Below are positions 1-12,093 of a DNA stretch of 37,168 nucleotides, in pieces. The stretch comes from Chiloscyllium plagiosum (lineage: Eukaryota). The stretch is from NCBI RefSeq assembly GCF_004010195.1, contig NW_025215220.1, positions 25,825-62,992 on the forward strand, read 5' to 3'. The position numbers were made by a program, and so were the translations under genes. The notes beneath the pieces were generated by a model, which saw only the letters and a list, made by a program, of their open reading frames with translations, was not told the origin of the DNA and did not search any database. Positions within the stretch are counted from its first letter, which is position 1; each line of letters opens with the position of its first letter.

Positions 1-106
1 CATAAGCCCTGTGTAAAATCTTCAATTGCATGCCCTGTGCTTTGTTACATATTGAAATTTTTCTTACATTTTCCCATATATCTTGCCATACTTCTAATGA
101 AATATC

Positions 107-3100
107 CTATCCTATATCCCGATTCCACATCCTAGAGAGTCCCTCCACATCCCCTAAGGTACGTCCCTTCTGTAAATGATACAACGTACTAATTGAAAGA
201 GCGCCTGTACACCAGAGTACTCTGTATTCCACATTTGACCTGTAATGCTGAGCCAGGAGCGTGGTCCTCCTCTGTATATAATCCCTTGGCTGAAAGTACC
301 GGAAAAGGTCCCTATTAGAAAATGCATATTTCTGACTTTGCTGGCTAAATGACATCAAGACCGAACCCTCGAATAAATCTTCCCTACAGGAGATTCCCTT
401 ATCCTGCCATGACTTAAAGCCGTAGTCCATTGCCCCAGGTTTGAATCCTTGGGCTGCCACCAGTGGGGTAATCAGTGAGGTCTTCAGCCAATTGCCCTTG
501 TCTTGCCTCATTATCCTCCAGGTTTTCACTGTATTTAAAATGATTGTACTCTTACACTGCTCAGTCTCGGATTTCATCTTATCAACGAAAAATAGAATAA
601 CTAGGGGACATCTCGACTGCAATGCTTCAACGTCAAGCAAAATCGAGCCCGAGTCCCCCCGTGCCCAGTCACCCACATATGCTAAGAAAGCGCTTATTTG
701 ATATCTCTTCAAGTCCAAAAGGTCCACTCCTCCTCACATTGTGAGAGCTGCAATTTGGTAAACTTAATTAGGGGGCGGCTGCGACACCAAATAAAAGAAC
801 CTAACCAACCATTGAGCCTCAGTAATACTCATCTGGGTAGCAACAACAGGTGCAATCGCATGGGGTACAACAGGCGAGGAAGAACATTCATTTTAATCAG
901 AGCTATTCGGCCTAACCATGATAACGGTAATCCGTCCCATTGCTGCAAATCCTGCTTTATCCTCTCCAATAATTGTACATAGTTAGCTTTATACAGCTGG
1001 TGGAAGGCAGGGGTAATAAAAATTCCCAAATACAAAAACCCTTTTGACGACCATCTAAACAGGAACTGCATTCCATCCTTCAGATCAGGCACCACCACTA
1101 ATTCTTCCTCCGCAGCCACCACCACGCGCCACCCCCCACTCCACCCACCATCGGCATAGCTTCTGATCTTGTAAAGTTGATCCTGCAGCCCGAATAACTG
1201 CCAAATAAATTAATTGTTTGAATCAATCGAGGAACGGACTTTTCCAGATTGGCCAAGAACAAAAGGACGTCATCAGCATATGGGGTAATCTTATGTTCCC
1301 CCATTCCCACCCCTGGCGCCTCTATTTCAGGATCCCTCCTGATAGCCTCAGCTAATGGCTCAATTGCCAAGGTAAATAGCAGCGGTGAAAGAGGACACCC
1401 CTGTCGACTACGTCGCCCAGTGTTAAAGTTATCTGACTTAGTGCTCTTTGTGATGACTGCTGCCTTAGGATCATTATACAACACCCCCACCCATCTAGCA
1501 AAGGTTGTCCCCAGACCAAAGCGCTTGAGCACCCCAAACAGGTCCAGCCATTCACTCTGGTCAAATGCCTTTTCTGCATCGAGGGAGACCACCGAACCCA
1601 GGATCAACCTTTGCTGGCATACCTGCACCTTGTTCAGTACCCTCCTGATATTGTTGGAGGAGCTACGGCCTTTAACAAAACCCATCTGATCTTTTTTCAC
1701 AATACAGGACAACACCTTTTCCAACCTCAGGGCCAGCGTCTTGGGTAGAATTTTACAATCTACATTCAACAGTGAGATGGGTCTGTATGTAGCACATTCT
1801 TCAGGCTCTTTCCCCTTCTTTAAAATAAGGGAGATACTAGACTCCCTAATCCTGTGCATATGAATAGCTATACATCCCCAGAGGTGGCTCCACCAACACA
1901 TTTATGAATTCCTTATATAATTCACTTGGGAATCCATCTGACCGCGGTGCTTTGCCACCTTGGAGATGTTTATTGCATCCTGCACCTCATGTATCGTCAA
2001 AGGCATATTCAACAGGAAACCTGTTCCGCGTTTTTACGAGGGAGGTGCAGGATCTCAAAAAAGGCCTGACTTCTCGCTGCACTGTGTTCATCTCCCTCCG
2101 ACCGATACAACTCTGCAAAGTATTCCCTAAATCTAACATTAATCTTTTTTAACTCACGGGTAACTGTGCCAACCTTCACTCTAACAGGCATAATACATTG
2201 GGAAGCATTTTTCTTTCTAGCCAGATATCTACCTGGCTTATCTCCAAATTCAAAAAATCTTTGTTGAGCAAAGCAGACCTTTTTTTCACCAGTGTGTGCA
2301 ATGAGTTGGGAGCAGCCCAGAGAGCTGCAGCTTGACCAGTGCAGGCCTATTATAATATACTTCCTCAGCTATCTGCAGCCGGGTTTCCAGCATCTGTTGC
2401 TACTCCTTCCTCTGCGTCCTTCTAGTCGTTGAATAAAAAATAATCAGGCCTCATAAATATGCCTTAGTGGCCTCCGACAGTATTTCTGGATTACTGGCCG
2501 TACCCGAGTTGATATCCCAGAAGTCTCTGAACTCTTGTGATGTACTCAACAAATTTGCTATCCTTTAACAGGAATGGGTCCATGCACCAGTGCTGTGCAT
2601 CCATTCCATCACTCTTGATTTTACCATCTAAATACACTGGCATATGGTCCGAGACAGCGATATTGCCAATTTCACAAGCCAATGCTCTGTCCAAGCAATC
2701 CAATGGCATTAAAAAGTGTCGGTTCCCATGTAGTACTTATGTGGGTTGGAAGAGAAAGTAAAATCTCTTCCATTAGGGTGGAGATGCCTCCACACATCCA
2801 CTAATCCCAACTCCTCGCACATGCCCACCAACTGCTTAGATTGCGCAGGTGTACCTGCCAGGTCCCTTGGCACCCTGTCAACCTTGGGATCTATTAGGCG
2901 ATTAAAATCCTCTCCAATGACCATGCGGCGAACCCCAAGACTCATTAATTTAGCAACTGCATCAATTAGAAATTTAAGAAGGTGCACCGGGGGGACAATA
3001 CACCTTCAGGGCGCCATACACTTCGCCACGTATTAGAACTTTAAGAATGACGGACAGTCCATGTTTGTCCTTAATTTGCTCAATTACCTGGAAAGGGAGG

Positions 3101-3525
3101 TTCTTTCTTACCAGAATAGCCACTCCTCTACACTTGGAGCTAAAGGAGGAGGAGAATACCCTCTCATAACGTCCTTGCTGCAGTTTCAGATGATCCTTAT
3201 CAGTTAAATGTGTCCCCTGCAGCAGGGCGATGTCCACCTTTTCCTTCCTGAGGCTTGACAGTACCTTCTTTCTTTTTAACGGGGGAATGGCTCCCTTTTA
3301 CATTCCAGGTGTACCACTTGAACGAATCAGTAGCCATGGCCATTCAGGGCAGCCCGTGGTTTCCCACGAGGAGGAAGCTTATCTGAGGTGCAGTGAGCAA
3401 CAAATTAAATGTGTCCATCCTTTCCTTCCTGAGGCTTAACAGCACCTTCTTTTTAATGAGGGAATGGCTCCCTTTTCCATTCCAGGTGCACCGCCTGAAC
3501 GAATCAGTAACCATGGCCATCCAGG
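107..3525 (-). pseudogene. L1-type ORF2 (endonuclease-reverse transcriptase), fragmented
   Basis: ORF-track pieces 2974-3237, 2709-2987, 2491-2709, 2009-2191, 1098-1901, 829-1125 and 107-727 are collinear parts of one EN-RT polyprotein. The N-terminus (TWNxKG...KKKVL) lies at 3230-3525. Confidence 0.9.
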
Positions 3526-3581
3526 GCAGCTCGTGCTTTCCCAAGAGTAGGAAGCTTATCCGAGGTGAGGTGAGCAACAAA
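3230..3581 (-). repeat. Diverged tandem duplication (~180 bp x2) of the ORF2 start
   Basis: 3230-3404 and 3410-3581 align end to end (ttccttcctgaggctt...gaacgaatcagta.ccatggccat...ggaagcttatc.gaggtg...gtgagcaacaaa). Confidence 0.9.
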
Positions 3582-4084
3582 GACATTAACTGTACAACGT
3601 CTGAAAACTGCTCCTATTAAAAACTACGATTAATAAAAATCTAACCACCACATATAACTTAAGCAAACGCACAAATAACCCCCAATTGAGTAGAGATCTC
3701 TTCCACCCCGCCCCGCCCCACCCCAACCCCCACCATTGCTACCATCCTGGCTCCTTTCCACTGAGTCTCTGCCCCAAACGCCAGGCAATTTACAGATTGA
3801 AAAAAAAACACGTTAGTTACATTCTGAGAGTTAACAATGGTTACCCATCTCCCCACACGCCTTCTCCATACATCTTAAGCACAGGTATATCCACCTCAAT
3901 CCAAAAACAAAAGGACAGCAGTAAAAAAAAAGGCCCCAGACAATAACTAATTGACCGATATACCAAATAATTCCAGTTTCACATCAATGCAGTACGTATA
4001 AAGTCGATTACCACAAAAAATGGGCAAAAAAGTAGCATTGTTTGTAATGATGTCCCTCTCGCCTTCACCCCGACTCGATTTATT

Positions 4085-4760
4085 TAATTCAGAGAATTCG
4101 CAAAGTCCTTCGCCTTTTCTGCTGAATCAGAATGATATACCGTCCCTCCATGAGTGAAACGCAACACGGTCAGGGACCTCAAGGAATGTTGTATGTTCAG
4201 ATCCCTTAATTATCTCTTAACTTCATCAAGTGCCCTTTTCTTAATCCAGGCTCCTGAGAAGTCCTGAAAATATATTATTCTTGACCCTTTGTGCATTAAA
4301 GCCTGTGGATCTCTTCCCAGTCTCCTTGCTGTTTCAATCACTGACTGTTTTTCTTTATAATGCAGGAGGCGCACTAGGACCACGCGGGGCTGCGGGTCCG
4401 ATCCAGACCTGCGCATTTCGATCCAGTGGGCCCGCTCCAAACTCAACAGGCCCGAGTCCAACTCCAGCCCGTGGAATCCAATCAGGTCTTCGCCTTCCTC
4501 GCATTCCGGAAGAACCACGAGGTGTAAGATTTTTCTTCTACTTTAGTTTTCCAGGTCGTCCACTTGCTCCTGAAGAACCCGAACCTGGTCTTCCAGCGTT
4601 TGGATCCTTCCTCCTGAGACCTCCGCCATTGTCTCCGATGCCACGGTCCTCTCCTCCGCTGTCTATTTTCTTTTCTAGGGTAGGAGAACGTGGCTGGGTA
4701 GTTACTCTTCAAAGAGTGACTCTGAACTTGTTGGGCAGAAGGGCCCGTTTCCACACTGTA
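4085..4760 (-). pseudogene. L1-type ORF1 (RNA-binding/coiled-coil protein) remnant
   Basis: LPECEEG...LERAHW...PRVVLVRLLHYKEKQ...IYFQDFS matches the RRM/CTD pattern of L1 ORF1p. It lies upstream of ORF2 on the same strand. Confidence 0.8.
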
Positions 4761-4904
4761 GTGGCTCTATGATTCTGTGAACGTTGCTTCCAGTGGGCGC
4801 TGCTGCTCATTGAGCCCAGGACCCGCACAAACCGAAGACCACAAGACCATTGGAGCAGAAGTTAGGATATTTTGACCCATCGAACCTGCTCCACCATTTG
4901 TTAG

Positions 4905-5060
4905 AGACAAAATAAAAAACTGCAGATGCAGGAATCTAATATAGACAAACAGGAGGCTGGGCACAACAAGGCAGGCAGACCACGAGGTGGAGAATTCAGC
5001 ATTTCAAATATTATCCCTCAGGACTGAAGAAGGGTTCTACCCGAAACGTTGACATCTCCA
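4905..5060. mobile_element. Penelope-like terminal-repeat fragment with hammerhead-like core (5024-5050, +)
   Basis: aaaactgcagatgc...ctgaagaagggttctacccgaaacgttgac; related copies at 13921-14115, 16570-16660 and 18745-18840. Confidence 0.65.
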
Positions 5061-5084
5061 TCAGAAATGATTTATCAGGATGTT

Positions 5085-5378
5085 GTTAGAACTAGAGGGC
5101 ATAGGATTAGCGTGAGAGGGGAAATATTTAAAATGGACCTCAAGGGAAAACTTTTCATGCAGTGCGGTGCGTGTATGGAATAAGCTGCCAGAGGAAGTGG
5201 AGGAGGCTGGTAGAATTACAGAATTTAAAAGACATTTGGTTGGGGACATGAATAGAAAGGGTTAGAGGGATTTGGGCCAAGTGCTGGCAAATGGGACTAG
5301 ATTAATTTAGAATATCTGGTCAGCGTGGACGAGTTGGACTGAAGGATCTGTTTCCGCTCTGTACCTCTCTATGACTAC
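5085..5378 (+). mobile_element. CR1-type LINE 3' fragment
   Basis: agaactagagggcatagg...gtatggaa...ctgccagaggaagtgg...ggttggactgaagg...ctctatgact tail; same family as 27623-28419. Confidence 0.85.
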
Positions 5379-5499
5379 TGGTCCTGATATAAGTTTAGAA
5401 TTGAGTAACTTTGAATAATTCAATCTTGTTGAATTCACCTCCTGAAAGGTTTCAAATGAACCCCTCCAAGCGATATGAGTAAACTCCGTCGAGTTGGAT

Positions 5500-5830
5500 A
5501 AAGTAGAGCATTGCTCCTTCATTAGTGCTGCTCCTTCATCACTTCACCTGATGAAGGAACAGTGCTTCTAAAGCTCATGAGTTCAAATCAATCTATTGTG
5601 ATTCTCACCTGGTGTTGTGTGACTTCTGACCTGTCCACCCCCAGCACCTCGCATCAGAGTTGACGAATGAGATCAGATTTTATTCAGCATGATTTAGTGA
5701 GATATTCATCTGGATGCCCTTATGCCTGAAACATCGATTCTCCTGCTCCTCGGGTGCTGCCTGACCTGCTGTGCTTTTCCAGCACCACACTCTCAACTCT
5801 GATCTCCAGCATTTGCAGTCCTCACTTTTT
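5500..5830 (+). mobile_element. Two Penelope-like terminal fragments (5500-5640 and 5715-5830)
   Basis: cacctgatgaaggaacagtgcttctaaagct...cctggtgttgtgtga, and gcctgaaacatcgattctcctgctcctcgggtgctgcctgacctgctgtgcttttccagc. Confidence 0.6.
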
Positions 5831-5879
5831 CCTGGTTCATGTGGAAGGTCAACATTGAAAGAGTTCCAAAGAGATGCCA

Positions 5880-6287
5880 GTCATAGAGTACTATCGCACA
5901 CAGACAGGCCCTTCAGCCGAAACTGGTCCATGATGACCAAAATATTAGTCAACACTAACCTCATTTCCCTGTACTTGGCCCATATCTTTCTAAAGCTTTC
6001 CTATCCATGTATTTGTTGACACGCCTTTTCAATGTTGTTAATGTACCTGCTTCAACCACTTCCACTGGCAGCTGTTTCCCCAGGCGAACTACACTCTGTA
6101 AATATTTTGCCCCACATCTTTTCTTCCATCTTTCTCCTCTCACCATAAAAACGCATCCTTGGTCTTGAAATCCTCCCCCTATGGAAGAGACAGCTACCAT
6201 TAACCCAACCCTACCCCTCATGGTTTGAAAATATTGCCTCTCAACTTCCTCTGCTCCAGTGGAAAAACATCCCAGCCTATCCAGCCT
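5880..6287 (-). mobile_element. CR1-type LINE 3' fragment
   Basis: Reverse complement of the CR1 3' end; ORF 5961-6221 contains LPVEVVEAGTLTTLKRRVNKYM. Confidence 0.8.
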
Positions 6288-6779
6288 AAATTCTAATTTG
6301 ATAATAATGGCATTGATGATTTTGGCTGTGTGTGTGTCAAGGATCTCTCATTTCTAAGCCAATGCTGTGCCTCTTAAGTTCACCTGATCTGAAAACGAAT
6401 GGCACCCCATTCATTTAAAATGTCCATGTTTTCTGTGCAAAGTCGGTCCTGGTGAGAAAATCGGCAGTGGTGTGTTATATTCCCGTAGACTTCTTGTGAC
6501 CGGGTTCATATGCTCTGTTTTGAGATGTATGAGTAAATCTTCAGAACAAAAGATTAATGCAGCCATTTATTCATGTCTCATTATTAAAAACACTTTCTCC
6601 ATTTACAGATGTGATTGAGAAGCTTCTCCCAATGAATCTTTGAGTGACAACAGCATTTGTCTGGCTTTTGAAAGTCACTACAGCTCTGTCATAGCACAGG
6701 GGAGGGGTCTTTCAGACACAACGCGTCATGCAGAAAATTCTCCCACATTAGTCGAGCAAAGTAGACGTCTTTTTAAGAC

Positions 6780-6890
6780 ATTGTGAAACTTGAAAGGGTT
6801 CAGAAAAGGTTTGGAAGGATGTTGCCAGGGCTGCAAGGTTTGAGCTACAGGGAGAGGCTGTAAACGCTGGTAATATTTTCCCTGAAGCTT
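6780..6890 (+). mobile_element. CR1 RT C-terminal fragment
   Basis: tgtgaaacttgaaagggttcagaaaagg...ggatgttgccaggg...gagctacagggagaggctg, nearly identical to 27931-28030. Confidence 0.75.
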
Positions 6891-7071
6891 CAGAGTCAGC
6901 CAGAAACATCTGTTGAATCAGGAAACTTCCCTTCCTGCAGCAGCTTCAGACAGACTGCTTGCTAAAACCAAAGCAGGGGAAAAGAATGGGACAACTGCCC
7001 TTTCATTGTAGAAGTGTTTTAGAAAGGAAAATGTCAAACCCTTTTCCCGGATTGTTGCCTTAGCCAGTATC

Positions 7072-7830
7072 TGTGAACCATTAGCAAAAACCTTAATCCT
7101 AGATGAATGGGAAACCTTTTACAACCAGTTCTGAAAGTAAACCAACAACGTAATCTTAAAGGAGCAACATGATCACAACAAAACGCACTTGAACTGAAAC
7201 ATTTGTAACAAAAGGCTGTACAGTTAGCAGGACAAGAAAACGGTTTTCAATTTCACCAATCAATTTAAATCAGCCCCATTGGCTACCAAAAACTTATTAA
7301 ATTTAAATCCTAAAGTTTTGTCAACAGGACCAATCCTATCATAAAGAATTGGGGCTCTCAGTCATCTGTGTATGAGCGAAAGCATCATTTAGAAAAACAG
7401 AGGGCATTCCTAACAGAGGAATCGGAGGAGGCATCCCCGACAGAAGATGGCACAGAATATTCCGGAAGACACATAACCTGGTTGTAATCTGAGAGATTAA
7501 ATTCTATTTTGTGTTATCTGAGTGGGACATGTATTGATTGGATCAGCATACCAGAAGAATCTTGATTTATTCCAGAATACCCAGTAGTTTGGACGGATTT
7601 ATTCAGTTTGTTAGTCGTTGTGTTCATTTGTTCACCGTGAGAGTTGGCTAAATAAATTGCTGATTGTCGATTTTAAAGTGTCAGGTCAGGGATTTACTTT
7701 TAACACTACAGCAGGTTACACCACTTATCACACTGACTTTACAGATTAAATGGCAACGTTCCACTCTTTGGCCGTTTCCGTTTGAGATCTTGGTAAGTGG
7801 GGAGGTGAGTTCAGCCTTCGCTTTATAACA
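7072..7830 (+). mobile_element. Possible solo LTR
   Basis: TG...CA ends (tgtgaa...ataaca), flanks gtatc/gtatt, CCAAT boxes at ~7256, 7278 and 7330, AATAAA at ~7651. The 5' boundary is uncertain. Confidence 0.3.
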
Positions 7831-8479
7831 GTATTGATGACATTCTCTTGAATGCAATGGAGTCAATATTAATCCCAGCCTCTTGGTGTGGTTGTGGGTG
7901 AATCACCTTAATTTGGCTCCTGACTCAGAAACCTCACAGAGAATCAACGGCTGGAACAATGATTTGCACTTTATTGCATGTAGCAACCACAAATAAAACC
8001 CCTTAAGTTCATTCAGCTTCACCCCCCACCAAACTTGGCTATCACCCCCCAGATGGCTGAATTTATCTGGGTTTCCACCGACAGTGCCCATCTCTGGAAA
8101 TTCCAGGGGTTTGATGCAGTATTATTCTTCTAAGTACTGCTGCTGCTGCATCATTCTGGAGTTGAATTTTGGTGGCGTTTCCTCAATTTCAAATCTGTGG
8201 TGTGACTATTTTTTAAGACTCTAACACCACCTCACGTTGCTGGAGACCTCAGGTCTGTAGCTTACCTTCTTATCCTTGAGGGTTAGCTGTCTGTTTGAAA
8301 CAACCTGTCCTGCAATTAACTCCTCTATGTCAGGGCTTTCCTTCTACAGGCAGAATTAATTGTCCTTTTGTCACACCATTATTAAAAAACATTATCTTGC
8401 CTGTCCCAATAAACAACTTATTGTGTTGCCTCCGTCTTCCCATGGATGTTAACTAGCAGAAATTAAGCCATTTATTGTA

Positions 8480-8620
8480 TTGAATCTGCTCTGCCATTCA
8501 ATCATGACTGATATGTTTCTTAACCCCATTCTCCCTGTAACCTTTGAGCCCCTTGATACTCAAGAATGAGTGAATGGTGGAGCAGACTCGATGGGCTGAA
8601 TGGCCTAATTTCACTTCCTG
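8480..8620. mobile_element. Rearranged CR1/L2-type 3' end fragment (inverted plus direct pieces)
   Basis: 8480-8565 is the reverse complement of ~9458-9530; 8567-8620 (gaatggtggagcagactcgatgggctgaatggcct) matches 9524-9570 in direct orientation. Confidence 0.7.
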
Positions 8621-8859
8621 TGGTGTCACAGTTTGTCGTCGGCCCTTTCGTTTCTTGGTCCAGAAAGAGTTATTGTTGACTCGTGAAGTTTGGGAAGCTC
8701 TGGAGTTTACAGGTGCACACCACGCTCCTCTCTGCCTCCTCCCAGAATAACGATTCCTCCTGAGATACTGGCAGTTCTTGAGATCCCTGGATATCCCGGA
8801 ATACAACTCAGTGTGTCTGGAAGTCTCTGACGCTACCCTGGAACAGAAGGATTATGGGG

Positions 8860-9575
8860 AGAAAATTCAGAAATCCGAAGAGCAAAGAGACTTGGGACTT
8901 CTAGCCCAGGATTCTCTCAAGGTAAACTTACAGGTTGAGTCAGTAGTTAGGAAGGCAAATTCAACAATGCCATTTATGTTGACATGACTTGATTATCAAA
9001 GCAGGGATGTACTTCTGAGGATTTTTTCGGTTCCAGTCAGGTCACAATTGGAGTACTGTACACAGTTTTGGGCCCCATATCTCAGGAAGGATGTACTGGC
9101 CCTGGAACATGTTCAGAGGAGGTTGATGAGAAAGGTCCCAGGATTGAAAAGCTTAACATATGAAGAACATTTGAGGACTCTGGGTCTATACTCAATGGAG
9201 TTTAGAAGATGACAAGGGAACTAATTGAAACCTACAGCATACTGAACAGCTTAGACAGAGTGGATGTTGGGAAAATATTTCCATGGGTAGGAGAAACGAG
9301 GAGCCGGGGGCTCAGCCTTCAAGTAAAGGGAAGACCTTTTGGAACGGAGATAAGGAGAACTTCTTCAGACAGAGAGTGGTGTATCTATGGAATTCACTGC
9401 CCCAGAAGGCTGTGGAGGCCAGATCGTTGAATATATTTAAGATGGGGATAACTAGGTTCTTGAGTATCAAGAGGATTAAAGGTTACGGGGAGAATGGGGT
9501 TGAGAAACTTATCAGCCATGACTGAATGGTGGAGCAGACTCAATGGGCTGAATGGCATAATTTCTACTCCTATAG
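8860..9575 (+). mobile_element. CR1-type LINE 3' part (RT C-terminus and 3' UTR)
   Basis: QRDLGLL...VESVVRKAN, ELIETYSILNSLDRVD, NFFRQRVVYLWNSLPQKAVEA. Confidence 0.85.
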
Positions 9576-9699
9576 TCTAATGATATGCTGATGTGTGGAG
9601 GGGTGAGAATGGGGCGAAAGAGATAAAGAGGGGAACACAATTAAGGTGAAGCTGGATCCAGATACATAGGAAATACAAGAATTGTACGATAAATTTCAG

Positions 9700-10035
9700 A
9701 CCACATAGAAGCACTGGCATACAGGGGGATCTGGCCATCTCAATCTCCAAAAGTGGCAATACAGGCGGGTAACGTGATCAAGAAGGCACACAGCACGTTT
9801 GCCTTGAGTGTTAGAGTTGGCGAGTTATGTTACAGCTATTTATTCCGGTCACATTCAGAATATTGCGTGCAATTCTGGTCCCCACACTACCAGAAGGACA
9901 TGGATGCTCTAGGGAGAGGGTATAGAGAAGGTTCACTAGGACATTGCCTGGTCTGGAGGTCTCATTATGAGAAGAGATGGGATAAACCTGGATTATTTTC
10001 ACTGTAAAGATGGAGGCGGAGGGATGACCTCAACA
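9700..10035 (+). mobile_element. CR1-type LINE RT fragment
   Basis: RSHSEYCVQFWSPHYQKD motif. Confidence 0.75.
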
Positions 10036-10064
10036 AAATGATGAGACACACAGATTGACTGGAC

Positions 10065-10310
10065 GGGGGTGCCGTGGTGGCTCAATCATTAGCACCGATG
10101 CCTCACAGCGCCAGGGAAACTGGTTCGATTTCAGTCCCAGGTGACTGTCTGTGTGGAGTTTGCACATTCTCCCTGTTTCGATATGGGTTCCTCCGGTTTC
10201 CTCTCACAATCCAAATGTGTAGGTTAGGGTGGAGTGGCTATGCTAAATTACACCAATGCCCAGAGATTGGCAGGTTAAGTTGGATTGTCCGTGCTTAAAT
10301 TGCCCCACAG
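10065..10310 (+). mobile_element. tRNA-derived SINE (HE1/V-SINE type)
   Basis: A box (gtggtggctcaatc), B box (ggttcgattt), then gactgtctgtgtggagtttgcacattctccc and gctaaatt. Confidence 0.8.
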
Positions 10311-10312
10311 TT

Positions 10313-10507
10313 TAGATTAGATTACTTACAGTATGGAAACAGGCCCTTCGGGGGAAGACGTTTCCCGACAAGTCCACACCGCCCCGCCGAAGCGCAACCC
10401 ACCCATATCCCTACATTTACCCCTTTAACCTAACACTAGGGGCAATTTAGCATGGCCAATTCACCTGACCCGCACATTTTTGGATTGTGGGAGGAAACCG
10501 GAGCACC
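10313..10507 (-). mobile_element. HE1/V-SINE-type SINE, 3' half with (agatt)n tail
   Basis: agattagattacttacagtatggaaacaggcccttcg...ggcaatttagcatggccaattcacctgacc...gggaggaaaccggagcacc. Confidence 0.8.
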
Positions 10508-10549
10508 TGGATGGGTCTGTGTGGATTATTCTTTGGATGTTTGGTGTTG

Positions 10550-10830
10550 GGCCAGATAGTCTGTTAGATAGTCAGAAGCTTCCCCCCCTAACCAGGGTGG
10601 AAACGTCAACTACAAGAGGGCACAAGTTCAAGGCGAGAGGGGGACAGCCTGGGGGAGAATTGAAAGGGAAGAATTTTCACACAGTTGGATGGTATATGCC
10701 TGGAATGCATTGCCAGTGGATGTAGTGGTAAGAGGCACCTTAGCAACACTTAAGGTGTATCTGGGTAGACACATGAATGGGATGTGAATACAGGGACAGA
10801 AACCACGCATCGGCAATAAATAGCAGGTCT
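10550..10830 (+). mobile_element. CR1-type LINE 3' fragment
   Basis: acaagagggcacaagttcaagg...ttttcacacag...tgcctggaatgcattgccag. Confidence 0.65.
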
Positions 10831-11248
10831 AAGTTTGGATTAAGAATTGGCACAGGGTTTGGCAGGGAGGGGGTAGGGGGTAAAGTGAACTTTCAAAAAG
10901 CAGGGGATACATGTATGCTGATGAAGGAATGGGTGGAGGCTCAGGTGGAGCATAAAAACTGACAGAGGCCAATTGGGTCGACTGCGCTGGAGACTCAATG
11001 GGACAGAGACAAATGTATCTATTTCAGATCTACCTGCACTTCAGCCGCTTCTGTGGACTGTTTCCGTAGGGAATGTGCAATCCCAGGCTCAGAAAGCATC
11101 AGCTCCCACTGGAAGTAAAGTGGGTGAGAGAGCGGCCAGTCAGCATAAAGGAACCCCTTACCCCTCCCACTTCACCCACTAAACAGGGTTCAAGATGTGA
11201 CTCTCAGCAGCGGTAACAGCAGAGTCCAACCTGAATCCCTGCGCCATC

Positions 11249-11755
11249 TCACTTGTGAAGTTGCTGGTGTCTCCACAAGTTGCATGACTGGGTGAAGCTC
11301 TTCCCACACACTGGACAGGTGAACGGCCGCTCCTTGGTGTGGATGCGCTGGTGTTTGCACAGGATGGAGGAATCACAGAAGTTATTGCTCCACACGGGAC
11401 AGGTGAACGGCTTCACCCCAGTGTGGACGCGGAAGCTGAGCAGCAGGTGATACGACTGGGTGTAGCCCTTCCCGCACACGGAGCAGGAAAACGGTTTCTC
11501 CCCGGTGTGCATCCGCTGGTGCGGCAGCAGGTGGTGTGACTGAGTGAAGCCCTGCCCACACACGGGGCAGATGAACGGGTTCTTGCTGGTGTGGACCCAC
11601 TGGTGGGCTAGGAGGTGGTGTGACTGAGTGAAGCCTTTCCTGCACTGAGTGCAGGTGAACAGCCGCTGCCCGGTGTGCAAACCCCGATGAATCTCCAGCG
11701 CAAATGGCGAAGGGATACCATTCCCACACTCACCACATTTCCACGGTTTCTCCAT
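11249..11755 (-). CDS. Kruppel-type C2H2 zinc-finger protein, 168 aa, 6 fingers (4 with full C2H2 ligands); may be decaying
   Basis: Open frame MEKPWKCGECG...HQQLHK* with TGEKP-like linkers. ATG in strong Kozak context gcaccATGG at 11755. Finger 4 lacks the first His and finger 5 has C->W. Confidence 0.75.
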   Translation of the reverse strand: MEKPWKCGECGNGIPSPFALEIHRGLHTGQRLFTCTQCRKGFTQSHHLLAHQWVHTSKNPFICPVCGQGFTQSHHLLPHQRMHTGEKPFSCSVCGKGYTQSYHLLLSFRVHTGVKPFTCPVWSNNFCDSSILCKHQRIHTKERPFTCPVCGKSFTQSCNLWRHQQLHK

Positions 11756-12093
11756 GGTGCAGGTGCCCTTGTCTGTCTCAGACCTTAACAATCAGTTGAA
11801 AACTCGCTCACGCTTACAGCATGTGTGTGGTGTTACTGGTGAACCCGCTGATAATTGGAACACTCTCATTCAGTCTGTAAAGCTTGTTCCAGTCACTACT
11901 CTGGTGTGTGGGTATGTGAGACTCTGAGTTTCCAGTCACACTGACGTTTAAAACTTAACTAAGCAGACAGACCGTCTTCCCTTTGTTTTCAAGGCCATCA
12001 ATATCCACGTCCTCGTGAATCAAATGACTGTCAGACTTTGATGTGATGTTTGGTCTGAGATTTCTGCCGCCAAATTCTTCTCTTGTAATATTC

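Larger units (their letters stand above)
1..4760 (-). mobile_element. Degenerate L1-clade non-LTR retrotransposon (ORF1, spacer, ORF2); 3' end runs off the window start
   Basis: Consecutive minus-strand frames give APE endonuclease (DIALLQGTHL, GVAILVRK, SDHMPV), reverse transcriptase (YRPISLLNVDCKIL, SLDAEKAFD, QGCPLSPLLF, YADDVLLF, YLGIFI) and post-RT motifs (LPLSWLGRIALIKMNVLPRLLY). An ORF1-like segment lies at 4085-4760. Many frameshifts and stops. Confidence 0.93.

Noticed and set aside
1249..1689. Plus-strand 146 aa ORF and similar antisense ORFs over LINEs
   Set aside because: Antisense shadows of RT coding sequence.
7900..8460. LTR retrotransposon internal (gag) relic
   Set aside because: No recognisable motif or sustained reading frame.
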